A stretch of 64,000 nt of DNA from Myxococcota bacterium. GTDB lineage: Bacteria > Myxococcota_A > UBA9160 > UBA6930. The notes below the pieces were generated by a model. The model had not been told where the DNA came from and searched no databases. It saw only the letters and a program-made list of their open reading frames with translations. A program made the translations under genes and the position numbers. Position 1 is the stretch's first letter; each line of letters starts with the position of its first letter. The DNA is taken from the NCBI GenBank assembly GCA_965223705.1, contig OZ245015.1:1216001-1280000 (forward strand), written 5' to 3'. Positions 46,043 to 55,546 of this stretch are shown piece after piece.

Positions 46043-47266
46043 CTAGCTCCGGGGGACGTCTTTCCAGGGAACGTCTTTGTCGACGCGCGGCTCTCCGGGA
46101 AGACCCAAGACGCGTTCGCCCAGGATGTTTTTCATGATCTCGGAAGTTCCGCCTTCGATCGAGTTCGCGCGCGATCGAAGGAACTGGTACTTCGCGATCG
46201 CTTCGAGGCCGTGGACGTCGCCGACGCCCGGCCGCAGTTCGTAGCCCGCTTCGAAGGCCAGGCTCTGGTCCCCGAGAATCTCCATGGCCGTCTCCCAGGT
46301 CCGCTTGTTGATCTCGGCTTGCGCCACCTTGAGGACCGAGCCTTCCGGTCCGGGATTGCCGGCCTTCTGCATCGCTCGGGCCCGTTGTTGGGTCAGCCGC
46401 AGGAGCTCGTTGTCCATGTAGGACTGGATCACGCGATCCCGCAGAGCGGCCTCGGCGTGGGCGTTGTCGCCGGGGGTTCGGTCCGTCCACAGTTTGCGGA
46501 TCTGAGCGTTGATCCCGGCGCCCTTCTTGGCCGCGCCCATCCCGCCGATCGCGACGCGCTCGTTCATGAGGGTCGTGATCGCCACGCGCCAGCCCTGACC
46601 TTCGCGGCCGAGGATCCGGTCGTTCGGGATCCGCACGTCGTTGAGAAACACTTCGTTGAATTCGGCTTCTCCGGTGATCTGGTAGAGCGGCCGGACTTCG
46701 ACGCCCGGGGATTGCATGTCGAGAAGAAAATACGTGAGACCATCGTGCTTCGGGACGTCCGGGTTCGTGCGCGCGACCAGCATGCCCCAACGCGCGACGT
46801 GCGCGACGGTCGTCCACACCTTCTGCCCGTTGACGACCCAATCGTCGCCGTCGCGAACCGCGCGCGTCGCGAGTCCGGCGACGTCGGAGCCGGCGCTCGG
46901 CTCGCTAAACAGCTGGCACCAGATATCCTCGCCCGAGAAGACGCGCGGCAACAGCTCGCGCTTCATCTCTTCGGTCCCGTAGGTGAGGAGCGTCGGCGCC
47001 CCCATTCCGATCCCGATGATGCTGACGAAGGGGTCGTGGTGAACCACTTTCGAGTGTTTCGCGATCTCGTCGTACACGACGGCGTTCAACTTCGGCGAGA
47101 CGCCGAGCCCGCCGAAACCCTCCGGAAAATGCAGCCAGGCGAGCCCGTGATCGTACTGGGCGCGCCGGAACGGAATCGCTTCAACCTGTTCGGGATGCAC
47201 TTCGTCGAGGAGGGTGCGGGTGCGTTCGCGAACTTCCTCTTCTTCCATCGGTCGATAGTCGGTCAT
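46043..47266 (-). CDS. Acyl-CoA dehydrogenase (large subunit of a probable heteromeric pair)
   Basis: ATG 47266; WCQLFSEPSAGSD, NGQKVWT, EFNEVFL, TLMNER, SIEGGTSEIMKNILGERVLGLP. Confidence 0.92.
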   Translation of the reverse strand: MTDYRPMEEEEVRERTRTLLDEVHPEQVEAIPFRRAQYDHGLAWLHFPEGFGGLGVSPKLNAVVYDEIAKHSKVVHHDPFVSIIGIGMGAPTLLTYGTEEMKRELLPRVFSGEDIWCQLFSEPSAGSDVAGLATRAVRDGDDWVVNGQKVWTTVAHVARWGMLVARTNPDVPKHDGLTYFLLDMQSPGVEVRPLYQITGEAEFNEVFLNDVRIPNDRILGREGQGWRVAITTLMNERVAIGGMGAAKKGAGINAQIRKLWTDRTPGDNAHAEAALRDRVIQSYMDNELLRLTQQRARAMQKAGNPGPEGSVLKVAQAEINKRTWETAMEILGDQSLAFEAGYELRPGVGDVHGLEAIAKYQFLRSRANSIEGGTSEIMKNILGERVLGLPGEPRVDKDVPWKDVPRS

Positions 47267-48327
47267 TGAGTTCCTCGTTTCGTTTCGCCGAGCCGGGCGA
47301 CGATGCTCGCGAGCACCGCTCGGTCCGAAGGGCGCTCGAGGGGGATGCTCACTTCGATGCGGTCGATCAGGGCTCCGTAGCGCTCGATCAACCGATCGGC
47401 GAGATCGTCGTAGGTCGCGATCGTAACCCAATGTTCGAGGACATCGTCACCGATTCGGGCCGCCATCGCGGTCCACTTTCCGCTCTTCGAAAGTACGGCG
47501 AGCTCGTCGGCGAGCGCCGACAAGCCCAAATGGTCGAATGCCGCTCGATACGCGGGGGTGCTCACGTAGAAGGCGAGGCGCTGTCTCGCGATTTCGACGC
47601 GCGGAATGAGGGAAGCCTCGTCGGGCGCCGTCGCGAGGAGTGGCTTCAGGCAGATCTCGAAGGGCGCTTCGGCGCCGCTTCGCCCCCGGGCGATGGCGGG
47701 GTGAACAACCTGCTCGATGTATGCGGGAGAGCACACCGGATGGAGCCGGACCCCGTCGGCGATCTCCGCCGCGATCCGACACATATGCGGGTTCACCGCT
47801 GCGATCTGAATCGGGATGTTCGGATGCGCGATCGGGGCCGGCGTGAAGAGCGGCACGTTCAAGTCGAGGCGATAGCGTTCGCTCTCGTACAGGAGCGGTG
47901 TCTCGTCTTGCCAGCTCTTCCAAATCGCGCGCACGGCGCCGACGTAGTCGCGCATCCACGGGCCCGGCGGGTGCCACTCGAGCCCGAAGCGACGTCGAAT
48001 GTGCCCCCGGACTTGCGAACCGAGCCCGAGCTCGAAGCGCCCGCGGGAGATTTTCTGGGCGGTCCAGGCGGCCATGGCTGTCACGAAGGGACTCCGCGCG
48101 AAAGCGATCGCCACCGACGTCCCGAGCCTCACCCGCTGCGTATGGGCGGCGGCGACGGCGAGCACCTGGAAGGGATCGTCCTTCGTCTCCTCCATGAGCA
48201 GACCGTGGTAGCCCAACCGGTCGACGTCCTTCGCGTCTTCTCCGACGGCCGAAAGATCGAGTGGAGCTTCGGGTTGCGCCAACCCCGGATCGAGCTTGCC
48301 GAGTGGCAGCAGCGTCTCCGCCTTCAC
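47263..48327 (-). CDS. LLM-class probable F420-dependent oxidoreductase (MSMEG_2256-like)
   Basis: GTG 48327; ETKDDPF, IAFARSP, GRFELGLGSQVRGHIRRRFG, AAVNP.M, DGVRLHP, FYVSTPAY. Confidence 0.85.
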   Translation of the reverse strand: MKAETLLPLGKLDPGLAQPEAPLDLSAVGEDAKDVDRLGYHGLLMEETKDDPFQVLAVAAAHTQRVRLGTSVAIAFARSPFVTAMAAWTAQKISRGRFELGLGSQVRGHIRRRFGLEWHPPGPWMRDYVGAVRAIWKSWQDETPLLYESERYRLDLNVPLFTPAPIAHPNIPIQIAAVNPHMCRIAAEIADGVRLHPVCSPAYIEQVVHPAIARGRSGAEAPFEICLKPLLATAPDEASLIPRVEIARQRLAFYVSTPAYRAAFDHLGLSALADELAVLSKSGKWTAMAARIGDDVLEHWVTIATYDDLADRLIERYGALIDRIEVSIPLERPSDRAVLASIVARLGETKRGTQ

Positions 48328-49370
48328 CGCCGCGGCGTCTCCACCGCGAGCTCGGCCATCAGCCGGAGCGCCGCGTCCTGGTCCGTCGTGATGTTGAGCC
48401 CCGTCGCGCCGGAGTCGGCCCAGGGGCGGTAGCGCTCGCGAATGCGCTCCGGCGGACCGACCAGAGCCTGCTCGTCGACGAACTCGTCGGGGACCGCTCG
48501 GATCGCCTCGGTGCGAGCCTTGGCGAGATAGAGCTCCTGGATCCGCTCGGCCGCTTCGCCGAACCCGCGGCGAATCATCGCGTCTTTGTGGAAGTTCTTG
48601 TTCTTGTGGCCCATCCCGCCGACGTAGAGCGCAACGCGGGGTTTCATGCGGTCGAGGGCGTCTTGCACGTTCTCGGTGATGCTCACGGACACCATCGGAT
48701 GAATTTCCAGGTCTTCGACCCGTCTTCCGTCCGATCGGCGACGGAGCCCGGCTTCGAGCCACGGCCGAAACGTCTCCATCGATCCCGGAACGAAGCCGAG
48801 CGGTAGCCACCCGTCCGCGACTTCTCCGGTCAACTTCACGTTCGTTTCGGAACCGGTTCCGAGCCAGATGGGGAGCTTTGGGTCGATGTGCAGGATCGAC
48901 GTCAGGGGCTTCCCCACGCCGAGGGCTCCTTCGCCGTGGAACGGAAGCGAGATTTCGGCGCCCTCGTGCGTCACCGGGGCTTCGCGCTCGAACACCTTGC
49001 GCATGATCGAGACGTAATCCTTGATGCGGTGGTACGGCCGGCCCCAGGGCTCGCCGTACCAGCCCTCGACGACCTGGGGGCCCGAGACGCCGACCCCGCA
49101 CACGACACGTCCGCCCCCCGCGAGCGCGTCGAGGGTTCCCATCGCCATGGCGGCCGCGGTCGGCGCTCGCGCGGCGAGTTGGATCACCGCGGTTCCGAGT
49201 CGGATGCGCGAGGTTTGGCCCGCGAGATACGCCAAGGGCGTAATCGCGTCCGAGCCGTACGCTTCAGCGGTCCAGACGGAATCGAAGCCCAGGCGCTCCG
49301 CCAAGCGCACGCGATCGACGGGGACCCGAAGTTCCGAGCCGGAATAGCCGAGCATGAGACCGAGCTTCAT
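48324..49370 (-). CDS. LLM-class probable F420-dependent oxidoreductase (Rv3520c-like)
   Basis: ATG 49370; MKLGLMLGY, SVWTAEAYGSDA, GVSGPQVVEGWYG, EVADGWLP, LYVGGMG..KNFH. Confidence 0.88.
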   Translation of the reverse strand: MKLGLMLGYSGSELRVPVDRVRLAERLGFDSVWTAEAYGSDAITPLAYLAGQTSRIRLGTAVIQLAARAPTAAAMAMGTLDALAGGGRVVCGVGVSGPQVVEGWYGEPWGRPYHRIKDYVSIMRKVFEREAPVTHEGAEISLPFHGEGALGVGKPLTSILHIDPKLPIWLGTGSETNVKLTGEVADGWLPLGFVPGSMETFRPWLEAGLRRRSDGRRVEDLEIHPMVSVSITENVQDALDRMKPRVALYVGGMGHKNKNFHKDAMIRRGFGEAAERIQELYLAKARTEAIRAVPDEFVDEQALVGPPERIRERYRPWADSGATGLNITTDQDAALRLMAELAVETPRR

Positions 49371-49428
49371 CGCTCCCTCCAAAGCGGGAGACACTATCAC
49401 GGTCGCGAGAAGGAGGCGGTGCGGCCCG

Positions 49429-51798
49429 CTAGTCGTCTTTTTCCGGGGCGAGCAAGCGGCTGAAAGCCTCGGGATCGAGGGGGCGACCCGTCAGAAAGCC
49501 CTGGATCTCGTCGCAGCGGAGTTCCCGAAGCGACGCGAGCTGTTGCGGCCGCTCGACGCCCTCGGCGAGGGCGCGGACGCCCATGCGATGGGCCATCGCG
49601 ATGATGGCACCGACCAAGGTCGTGTCCGACTCGCTTGTGGGAAGCTCGTCCGTAAAGGACTTGTCGATCTTGATCCGGGACAATCGAACTTTGCGGACGT
49701 TCGCGAGGGCCGAGCAGCCGGTCCCGAAGTCGTCGAGACAGAGACTCACGCCGAGCTCGTTGAGTCGGCGCAAGGTTTCGTCGACGGCCGGGCTGTCCTC
49801 GACGATGGCGCCTTCGGTGATCTCGAGCTCGATCCAGTCGGGTTCGATTCCCTCCCGGTCGAGTGCCCGACGGATCGAATCGACCAGCTCCGAATCTCTC
49901 AACTGGTGGGGAGACAAGTTGACTGAAACCCGCACCGGATCGAGGCCCATCTCCTGCCAGGCGGCGATTTGACGACAGACGGCTTCGAACACCCATACAC
50001 CGATCTCGGAGATCAAACCGATCTCCTCGGCGATCGGAATGAATTCGTCGGGAGCGACCGGTCCGAGGTCGGCCGAAGTCCAGCGCAGCAGTGCTTCTGC
50101 GGCGCAGAGCTCCTCGGTCACGGCGGAGACGATCGGTTGGTAGTGGACCGCGAGCTCGCCGCGTTCGGCCGCCCGCCGGAGGCCGTTCTCGACACGCAGC
50201 CGCCGTTCGCCCGCTGCGTTCATCGATTCGTCGAAGTAACGAAGGGCATCCCCTCCGCAACGCTTCGCGTGGTACATCGCGGTATCGGCGTTTCGAAAGA
50301 GTGTCTCCGCGTCGGTTCCGTCTTCGGGGAAGAGGGCGATGCCGACACTCGCGGTGCACGTGAGCTCCCTGCCCTCGAAGAGCACGGGTTCTCGGAGACG
50401 TTTGAGGATGCGTTCGGCAATCTTCTCTGCGTCGCGCGCTTCGGACAGGTTGGGGATGACGACGAAGAATTCATCGCCACCGAGGCGGGCCAGCGCGGTG
50501 GGTAGGGTGGCTGAACGAGCGCCTCCCGCCGCGACGAGGTCGAGTGGACGGGTGCAGGACAAGAGAGAGTCGGCCACCGAGCGCAGGATGGCGTCTCCGC
50601 CGGAATGGCCGAACGTGTCGTTCACGTGTTTGAACCGATCGAGATCGAGCAACAAGAAGGCCGCTCGATGTCCCAACGATTCGGACGCAGACACCGTCTT
50701 GTCCGCTACGTGTTGGATGCGCGAGCGATTCGGGAGCCCGGTCAGGGGATCGAAATACGCGAGGTCTTGGATGCGCTCCGCGCTTTCGGCCTGTTCGAGC
50801 GCGAGTCCGATCTGGGTGGAAGCCTCGCCGAGGGTTCGGGCAATCTCGTCGCTGAAGGTCGCGCCGTCGATGCCCCCGAAGAACATCACCCAGCCGATCT
50901 CGCCTTTCCATCGGATGGGAACCGCGACATCGCAGAGGTCTTCGTGCTCTTCGGATCGGACGCACGAGGGCGCGCCGGTGGCGATCGCTCGACGGAGGAG
51001 TGAGGAGCGTCGGCTGTCGAGCTCGGGCGCGACGCCAGCGCGATCCAAGAACCGAGTGTTACTCGCGACCTGATACAGCGTCGTGGGCGGCCAACCGAGG
51101 AACGTGGCGATACACGCCGATGTCCGCGCGAGCGTTTCCTCCCCGGCGCGACTTTGATGGGCGGCTTCCGTGACAGCCTGGAGCAATTCGAGGTGCGTCG
51201 TCTTCTCCGACAGCTCGAGGTTGGCCTGTCGGGTCATGCCCAGCACACGGCGCTGCGCGGTGACGAGCCCGGTCGCCATGACGCCGATGCCGAGCAGGGT
51301 TGAAAGCCGGTTGAGCAGGCTCTGCACCGCGTGGTGCTCCGGCGGAATGCGATCCGGAATCGCGATACCGACCTCGGGGAGCGCCCAGAATACGACCGAC
51401 GTGACCGAGATGATCCCCACCCAGAACCAACACGCTCGAAGATCGGCGACCAGCGTCGCCAAGAGTGGGAAGACGTAGAGCCAACCGAAGTTCGGGTCGT
51501 AGAAGCCACCGGAGTAGATGTTCGAGAGCAGCAGCAGTCCAAACAGGATGCCGCCCGAGCGCACGCTCGCCCGTCGGAGCCCGCCCGGCGAAGTCGCGCG
51601 TCGGATGTTGATGTAGGCGCCCGCCGAGGCGAGTAGGACGGCCGCCGACATCACCGGGAGCTCGAGCTGCCAGTAGCGAAGGGAGAAGGGCAACCCGACG
51701 GCCAACATGCCGTACGAGATCCCCAGGAAAAGGCGTCGGTGATACGCAAATTCCAGTCGGGTTGGATTTACTCCACGCGGTTTTGATAGAGCCGGCAC
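49429..51798 (-). CDS. Membrane-bound diguanylate cyclase/phosphodiesterase (TM-GAF-like-GGDEF-EAL)
   Basis: Several N-terminal TM helices; DPLTGLPNR, DLDRFKHVND, ARLGGDEF, YQP..AEALLRW, LEITE, DDFGTG, KIDKSF, AEGVE, IQGF. Start uncertain. Confidence 0.92.
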   Translation of the reverse strand: MPALSKPRGVNPTRLEFAYHRRLFLGISYGMLAVGLPFSLRYWQLELPVMSAAVLLASAGAYINIRRATSPGGLRRASVRSGGILFGLLLLSNIYSGGFYDPNFGWLYVFPLLATLVADLRACWFWVGIISVTSVVFWALPEVGIAIPDRIPPEHHAVQSLLNRLSTLLGIGVMATGLVTAQRRVLGMTRQANLELSEKTTHLELLQAVTEAAHQSRAGEETLARTSACIATFLGWPPTTLYQVASNTRFLDRAGVAPELDSRRSSLLRRAIATGAPSCVRSEEHEDLCDVAVPIRWKGEIGWVMFFGGIDGATFSDEIARTLGEASTQIGLALEQAESAERIQDLAYFDPLTGLPNRSRIQHVADKTVSASESLGHRAAFLLLDLDRFKHVNDTFGHSGGDAILRSVADSLLSCTRPLDLVAAGGARSATLPTALARLGGDEFFVVIPNLSEARDAEKIAERILKRLREPVLFEGRELTCTASVGIALFPEDGTDAETLFRNADTAMYHAKRCGGDALRYFDESMNAAGERRLRVENGLRRAAERGELAVHYQPIVSAVTEELCAAEALLRWTSADLGPVAPDEFIPIAEEIGLISEIGVWVFEAVCRQIAAWQEMGLDPVRVSVNLSPHQLRDSELVDSIRRALDREGIEPDWIELEITEGAIVEDSPAVDETLRRLNELGVSLCLDDFGTGCSALANVRKVRLSRIKIDKSFTDELPTSESDTTLVGAIIAMAHRMGVRALAEGVERPQQLASLRELRCDEIQGFLTGRPLDPEAFSRLLAPEKDD

Positions 51799-51845
51799 CG
51801 CGCAGACAATCGGCCTATCGGAGGCCGGACGTTAGGCGTGCGTCT

Positions 51846-53279
51846 CTACGCGGCGGGGGCGAAGCTCCCGTGAAAGGTCATGGGCGCGTGGTGCTCGAGC
51901 AGCAGCGTCGCAACCGGCCCCGAGGCCAGGTCTTCGGCCTCGAAAACAGCGAGGGCGCTCTTCTCGCTCTTCTCGTCGTAGGTCAGTGAGAGCAACCAAC
52001 CCGACGCTTCGTCGCCACCGACTTTCGGCGCGAGGACCGCTTCGTGACAACAGACGCCTTCCGGAAACGCGTACGTGCAGGTCTCACCCGACTCTACGTC
52101 GACGCGCGCGAGACCGGTCGGAAGAACCGTGTCTCCCTGCGCGAATCCCACCGTCGTATAGACATAACGGTTCGGGTGACACGCGTGTCCGGGATGAACC
52201 ACGGGAAACTCCGCCGCTCCGCCGACATCCGGCAGCGACTCTTCGCGGAGCGTCCGTTCGCCCGGGTGGATGACGTAGCGCCGCAGTCGCCCGGGATGTC
52301 GCTGGGCGGTGAAACCGCCGTCGTCCCCCATCATGGTCCAGAGGGCGCCGCCCTTCGTGTCGAGAAAGTGATCGGGTTCGTCGTAGCCGACGAAGTCGGC
52401 GACGATCTCGTCACCGCGCTCGTAGGCGTTCGCGCTGTGCCACATCCAGCACGCGTCGGCCTCGAGCCGGATCGGTTCGCGCGCGAGGTCCCGCCGATCG
52501 AAGACCAGGACCGTGGTGCCCCGCCGGTCGCCTTCCCATTGCAGGCTCTCGACGAAGGAGCGCAATCCGAACAACAACCCGAACGGTCGCAGCGAAACGG
52601 GATGTACGTGGCACACGATATGCCGCTCCGTGACGAAGAAGTCATGGATGTAGTCGCCGCCGACGAGCGGCAGCCGCTGGTGGCGGAGCAGCTTGTCGTG
52701 GCGGTCGAGCACGGCGAGGTGGAGGAAGGTCTGCCGCCCGAACTCGGTACCGAAGTGGATCCATTCCCCGGTTTGTCCGTCGACTTTGGCGTGTGCGCTG
52801 TAAACGGCACCGGGCTTTCCGAAGCGCTCGGGACCTCGGGTTTCCAGGGTCAGCGAGTCCATTCGATGGGGGTAGCTGCCGTCCTCGAGGGCGTAGAGAC
52901 CGGTTTCCCGCGGTACGACATTCACGCCGGCGGATGACTTGAAGCGCGGATTCGCGTTCGAGAGAAATCCGCCCGGCCGACGCGTGGTCCACGACGGATA
53001 CAGCCAGCGACCGGCCGCTTCCTCTTCTTCGTACTTCTCCGTCCTCACGAATCGGTTGCGGTAGCGGGGCCGATCCGGATCGAGCGTGAACGCTTGGATC
53101 ATGCCGTCGCCGTCGAGGAGACAGCGCTTGCGGTAGCCCTCTCGCTCGAAGATCCCCGGGCCGTTGCGGTAGAGCGTGCCGCGGAGGCCCTCCGGCAGGG
53201 TGCCTTCCACGCGAGGCTCGTAGTCGTGCTCGGTGGTGAGTGATTCCGAGGGTCCAAAGAAACGACGCGTTCCGGCCAT
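51846..53279 (-). CDS. Carotenoid cleavage oxygenase (RPE65/CCD/lignostilbene dioxygenase family)
   Basis: GTLYRNGPG, DGDGMI, four Fe-binding His motifs (SAHAK, IHDF, WHSANAYE, FHGSF); ATG 53279 with SD AGGGAG. Confidence 0.92.
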   Translation of the reverse strand: MAGTRRFFGPSESLTTEHDYEPRVEGTLPEGLRGTLYRNGPGIFEREGYRKRCLLDGDGMIQAFTLDPDRPRYRNRFVRTEKYEEEEAAGRWLYPSWTTRRPGGFLSNANPRFKSSAGVNVVPRETGLYALEDGSYPHRMDSLTLETRGPERFGKPGAVYSAHAKVDGQTGEWIHFGTEFGRQTFLHLAVLDRHDKLLRHQRLPLVGGDYIHDFFVTERHIVCHVHPVSLRPFGLLFGLRSFVESLQWEGDRRGTTVLVFDRRDLAREPIRLEADACWMWHSANAYERGDEIVADFVGYDEPDHFLDTKGGALWTMMGDDGGFTAQRHPGRLRRYVIHPGERTLREESLPDVGGAAEFPVVHPGHACHPNRYVYTTVGFAQGDTVLPTGLARVDVESGETCTYAFPEGVCCHEAVLAPKVGGDEASGWLLSLTYDEKSEKSALAVFEAEDLASGPVATLLLEHHAPMTFHGSFAPAA

Positions 53280-53302
53280 GGTCGAAGCTCCCTGCAAGAA
53301 GT

Positions 53303-53341
53303 ATGTTTACATGAGTAACATCAGGAGTTGACATTGTCAAC
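53303..53341. promoter_or_regulatory. Tandem TetR-type operators between the oxygenase and its regulator
   Basis: Perfect GTTGACA-T-TGTCAAC (53327-53341) and imperfect ATGTTTACA-T-GAGTAACAT (53303-53321); centres are 22 bp apart. Confidence 0.78.
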
Positions 53342-53939
53342 ATCACCCACAGATCGCACCTACCACCACGGAGACCTGCGGGAGGCGCTCCTGCGCGCCT
53401 CCCGGGAGCTCATCGCAGAGCGGGGCCCGGAGGCCTTTACGCTGCGAGAAGTCGCGCGTCGCGCCGGGGTCTCCCACACCGCTCCGTATCGGCACTTTCG
53501 AGACCGCGCGGCGATTCTCGACGCCATCGCGGCGGAGGGATTCGCGGCCCACCGCGATGCCGGGCGCCGGGCTGCGGCGGCACACGAGGATCCACGAGAA
53601 CGGCTTCGGGCGGCGGGTCGTGCCTACGTCGAATTCGCGCTCGAGCAGCGAGCCGCGTTTCAGGTGATGTTCCGCCGTAGCTCCGACAACCCCGAAGTGG
53701 CCGCCCTCGGCGCGGAGTCCTTCGCCGAGCTGCTGGCCCGTGTCGGCGAGGGGCAGGCCGCGGGAATCATCGGTCCGGGGGATCCGCGCCAAATCGCCGG
53801 CGTCTTGTGGGCGGGCGTGCACGGGATCGCCGAACTCGCCGGCGCCGGCTCGCTCTCTCTCGTCTCGGGCGGTGACACCGACGCGATGATCGATTTGGTG
53901 TTGACCGCGCTGCTCCGCGGTCTCGCCCCCGAAGGCTAG
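53334..53939 (+). CDS. TetR/AcrR family regulator (WHG-type C-terminus)
   Basis: YHHGDLREALL, FTLREVARRAGVSHTAPYRHF, WAGVHGIA; TTG 53334 lies 6 nt after SD AGGAG (TTG 53328 is an alternative). Confidence 0.92.
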   Translation: MSTSPTDRTYHHGDLREALLRASRELIAERGPEAFTLREVARRAGVSHTAPYRHFRDRAAILDAIAAEGFAAHRDAGRRAAAAHEDPRERLRAAGRAYVEFALEQRAAFQVMFRRSSDNPEVAALGAESFAELLARVGEGQAAGIIGPGDPRQIAGVLWAGVHGIAELAGAGSLSLVSGGDTDAMIDLVLTALLRGLAPEG

Positions 53940-55504
53940 AGAAGCGGCGCCCCGCTCATGTAGGAAGACAAAGAACGCGCCGCCGTCGCCTTCTCGCCTT
54001 CATGACCGAGCGCCGCGAGGGCGCCGCGGCGAACGTCTTCGAAGATCCGGTGCGTCTCGACCAGGAGTTCTTTCTGCGTGCGGTGGCGTCCCACTTCGTG
54101 AAGGAAGCCCAGCGCGTCGCGCCCGTCGAGATACTCGCCGAGGTTCCGCTCGTAATAGCGCCCTCGCGCTCGCAGCTCGCCCTCGAGCTCGCGGAACATC
54201 GCGCTGAAACTTCCGAGCGCCCGCTGGATGTACGGCTGATGGAGATTCTGCCGGCGCAGGAAGTCGGGATCGAGATGCTGATCGCGCATATAAGGCGACA
54301 CCCACAGGTTGTAGTAGGAAGCGATGTCGAGATCCCACTTGAGCTTCGTCACCTCGAAGCTTCCCAGCGTTCCGTAGAGGTCGCGATACAGGCACATCAC
54401 CGCGTCGTGCCGGTTCCTCAGAAACTGATCGTAGAGAAGCGCGCGTTCCTCGAGAGACGCGTGGTCGCAGCCGTCGTTGTCTCGCGCGATGAGGTCGACG
54501 AGAAAGTCGTTTTCAAGGGCGATGAAGTCGCTCCCCGGGCTGTACAAAGGGTCGCTGAACGCCGCGGCTTCACCGACCAAGCCGAAGCGTTCGGCGGACA
54601 GGAACTTCTCCGTACCGAAGGCGAGCTTGCGGTAGCGGCCGAAATCGACCGGCTTGACGTCACGGAGCAGTGTTCCCAACGCGCGGTGCCCGCGCAGGAA
54701 ATCGAGAAACGATTCGGTGTCGCGGCAACTTTCGATCCGATCGGTTTCGCCGACGACACCGATGCTCGTGAGACCACCGCGCAGGGGAATGAGCCAGATC
54801 CAGTAACCGCGGCACATGAAATGAATGGTCGAGAGGCGTCGCGTGGTGTGGCGAACGCGCTCGCGAAAGGCCGCTGCGCCTATGTCGTCGATGTCCGCGA
54901 CGCTCTCGAAGCGCCCCCAGGCTGCCGAGATCGCGTGGGAGGGTTCTTTCGTTCGAAGCCCGAGTCGTTTTGCGAGGATCCGGGCGCGCCCCGACGCATC
55001 CGCTACCCAGCGCGCTCGCACACGATGCTCGGAATCGTCGCGGCGCACGGTGAGTACATGATCGGCATCGTCTCGACCGAGCGCGACGTCGGTGACCCGC
55101 GCCCCGATTTGGACGTCGACGCCCGCCTGTTCGGCCATCACCAAGAGATCGCGGTCGAACTGATCGCGATCGATCTGAAACGCCGGATGAAAAGGCAAGG
55201 AGTCGGAGCCGATTTCGCTCAGTTCTTCGAGGGCGCCGTCGTGCTCCTCGCGGTCAAAGAAAAACCGCAAGCCGTTTTTTGGATAGTGGCGCTCATATAA
55301 GTACCGGGTGAGCCCCAGCCGTTTCGTGAGGTAGTGACTGGCGATCTCCACGAGGGATTCGCCGACGCGGTAACCGCGCTCGGCCGACGCTTCGAAGAGG
55401 CCGACGCGGAGCTCCGGTAACGCACGGGAGAGGTGGCGGGCCAACAATCCGCCGGCCATCCCGCCCCCGAGAATCGCAACATCGAGACGTTTCTCGCTGC
55501 CCAC
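53936..55504 (-). CDS. Flavin-dependent halogenase (xanthomonadin halogenase-like)
   Basis: GGGMAG, VGESLVEI, YPKNGLRFFF (Lys at the catalytic position), QIDR, DASGR, WIWLIP (WxWxIP), FSDPLYSPGSDFI. Confidence 0.78.
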   Translation of the reverse strand: MGSEKRLDVAILGGGMAGGLLARHLSRALPELRVGLFEASAERGYRVGESLVEIASHYLTKRLGLTRYLYERHYPKNGLRFFFDREEHDGALEELSEIGSDSLPFHPAFQIDRDQFDRDLLVMAEQAGVDVQIGARVTDVALGRDDADHVLTVRRDDSEHRVRARWVADASGRARILAKRLGLRTKEPSHAISAAWGRFESVADIDDIGAAAFRERVRHTTRRLSTIHFMCRGYWIWLIPLRGGLTSIGVVGETDRIESCRDTESFLDFLRGHRALGTLLRDVKPVDFGRYRKLAFGTEKFLSAERFGLVGEAAAFSDPLYSPGSDFIALENDFLVDLIARDNDGCDHASLEERALLYDQFLRNRHDAVMCLYRDLYGTLGSFEVTKLKWDLDIASYYNLWVSPYMRDQHLDPDFLRRQNLHQPYIQRALGSFSAMFRELEGELRARGRYYERNLGEYLDGRDALGFLHEVGRHRTQKELLVETHRIFEDVRRGALAALGHEGEKATAARSLSSYMSGAPLL

Positions 55505-55546
55505 GCAGCGAACGGTAACGCATGGCGATCAGCTATCCTCGGCGTC

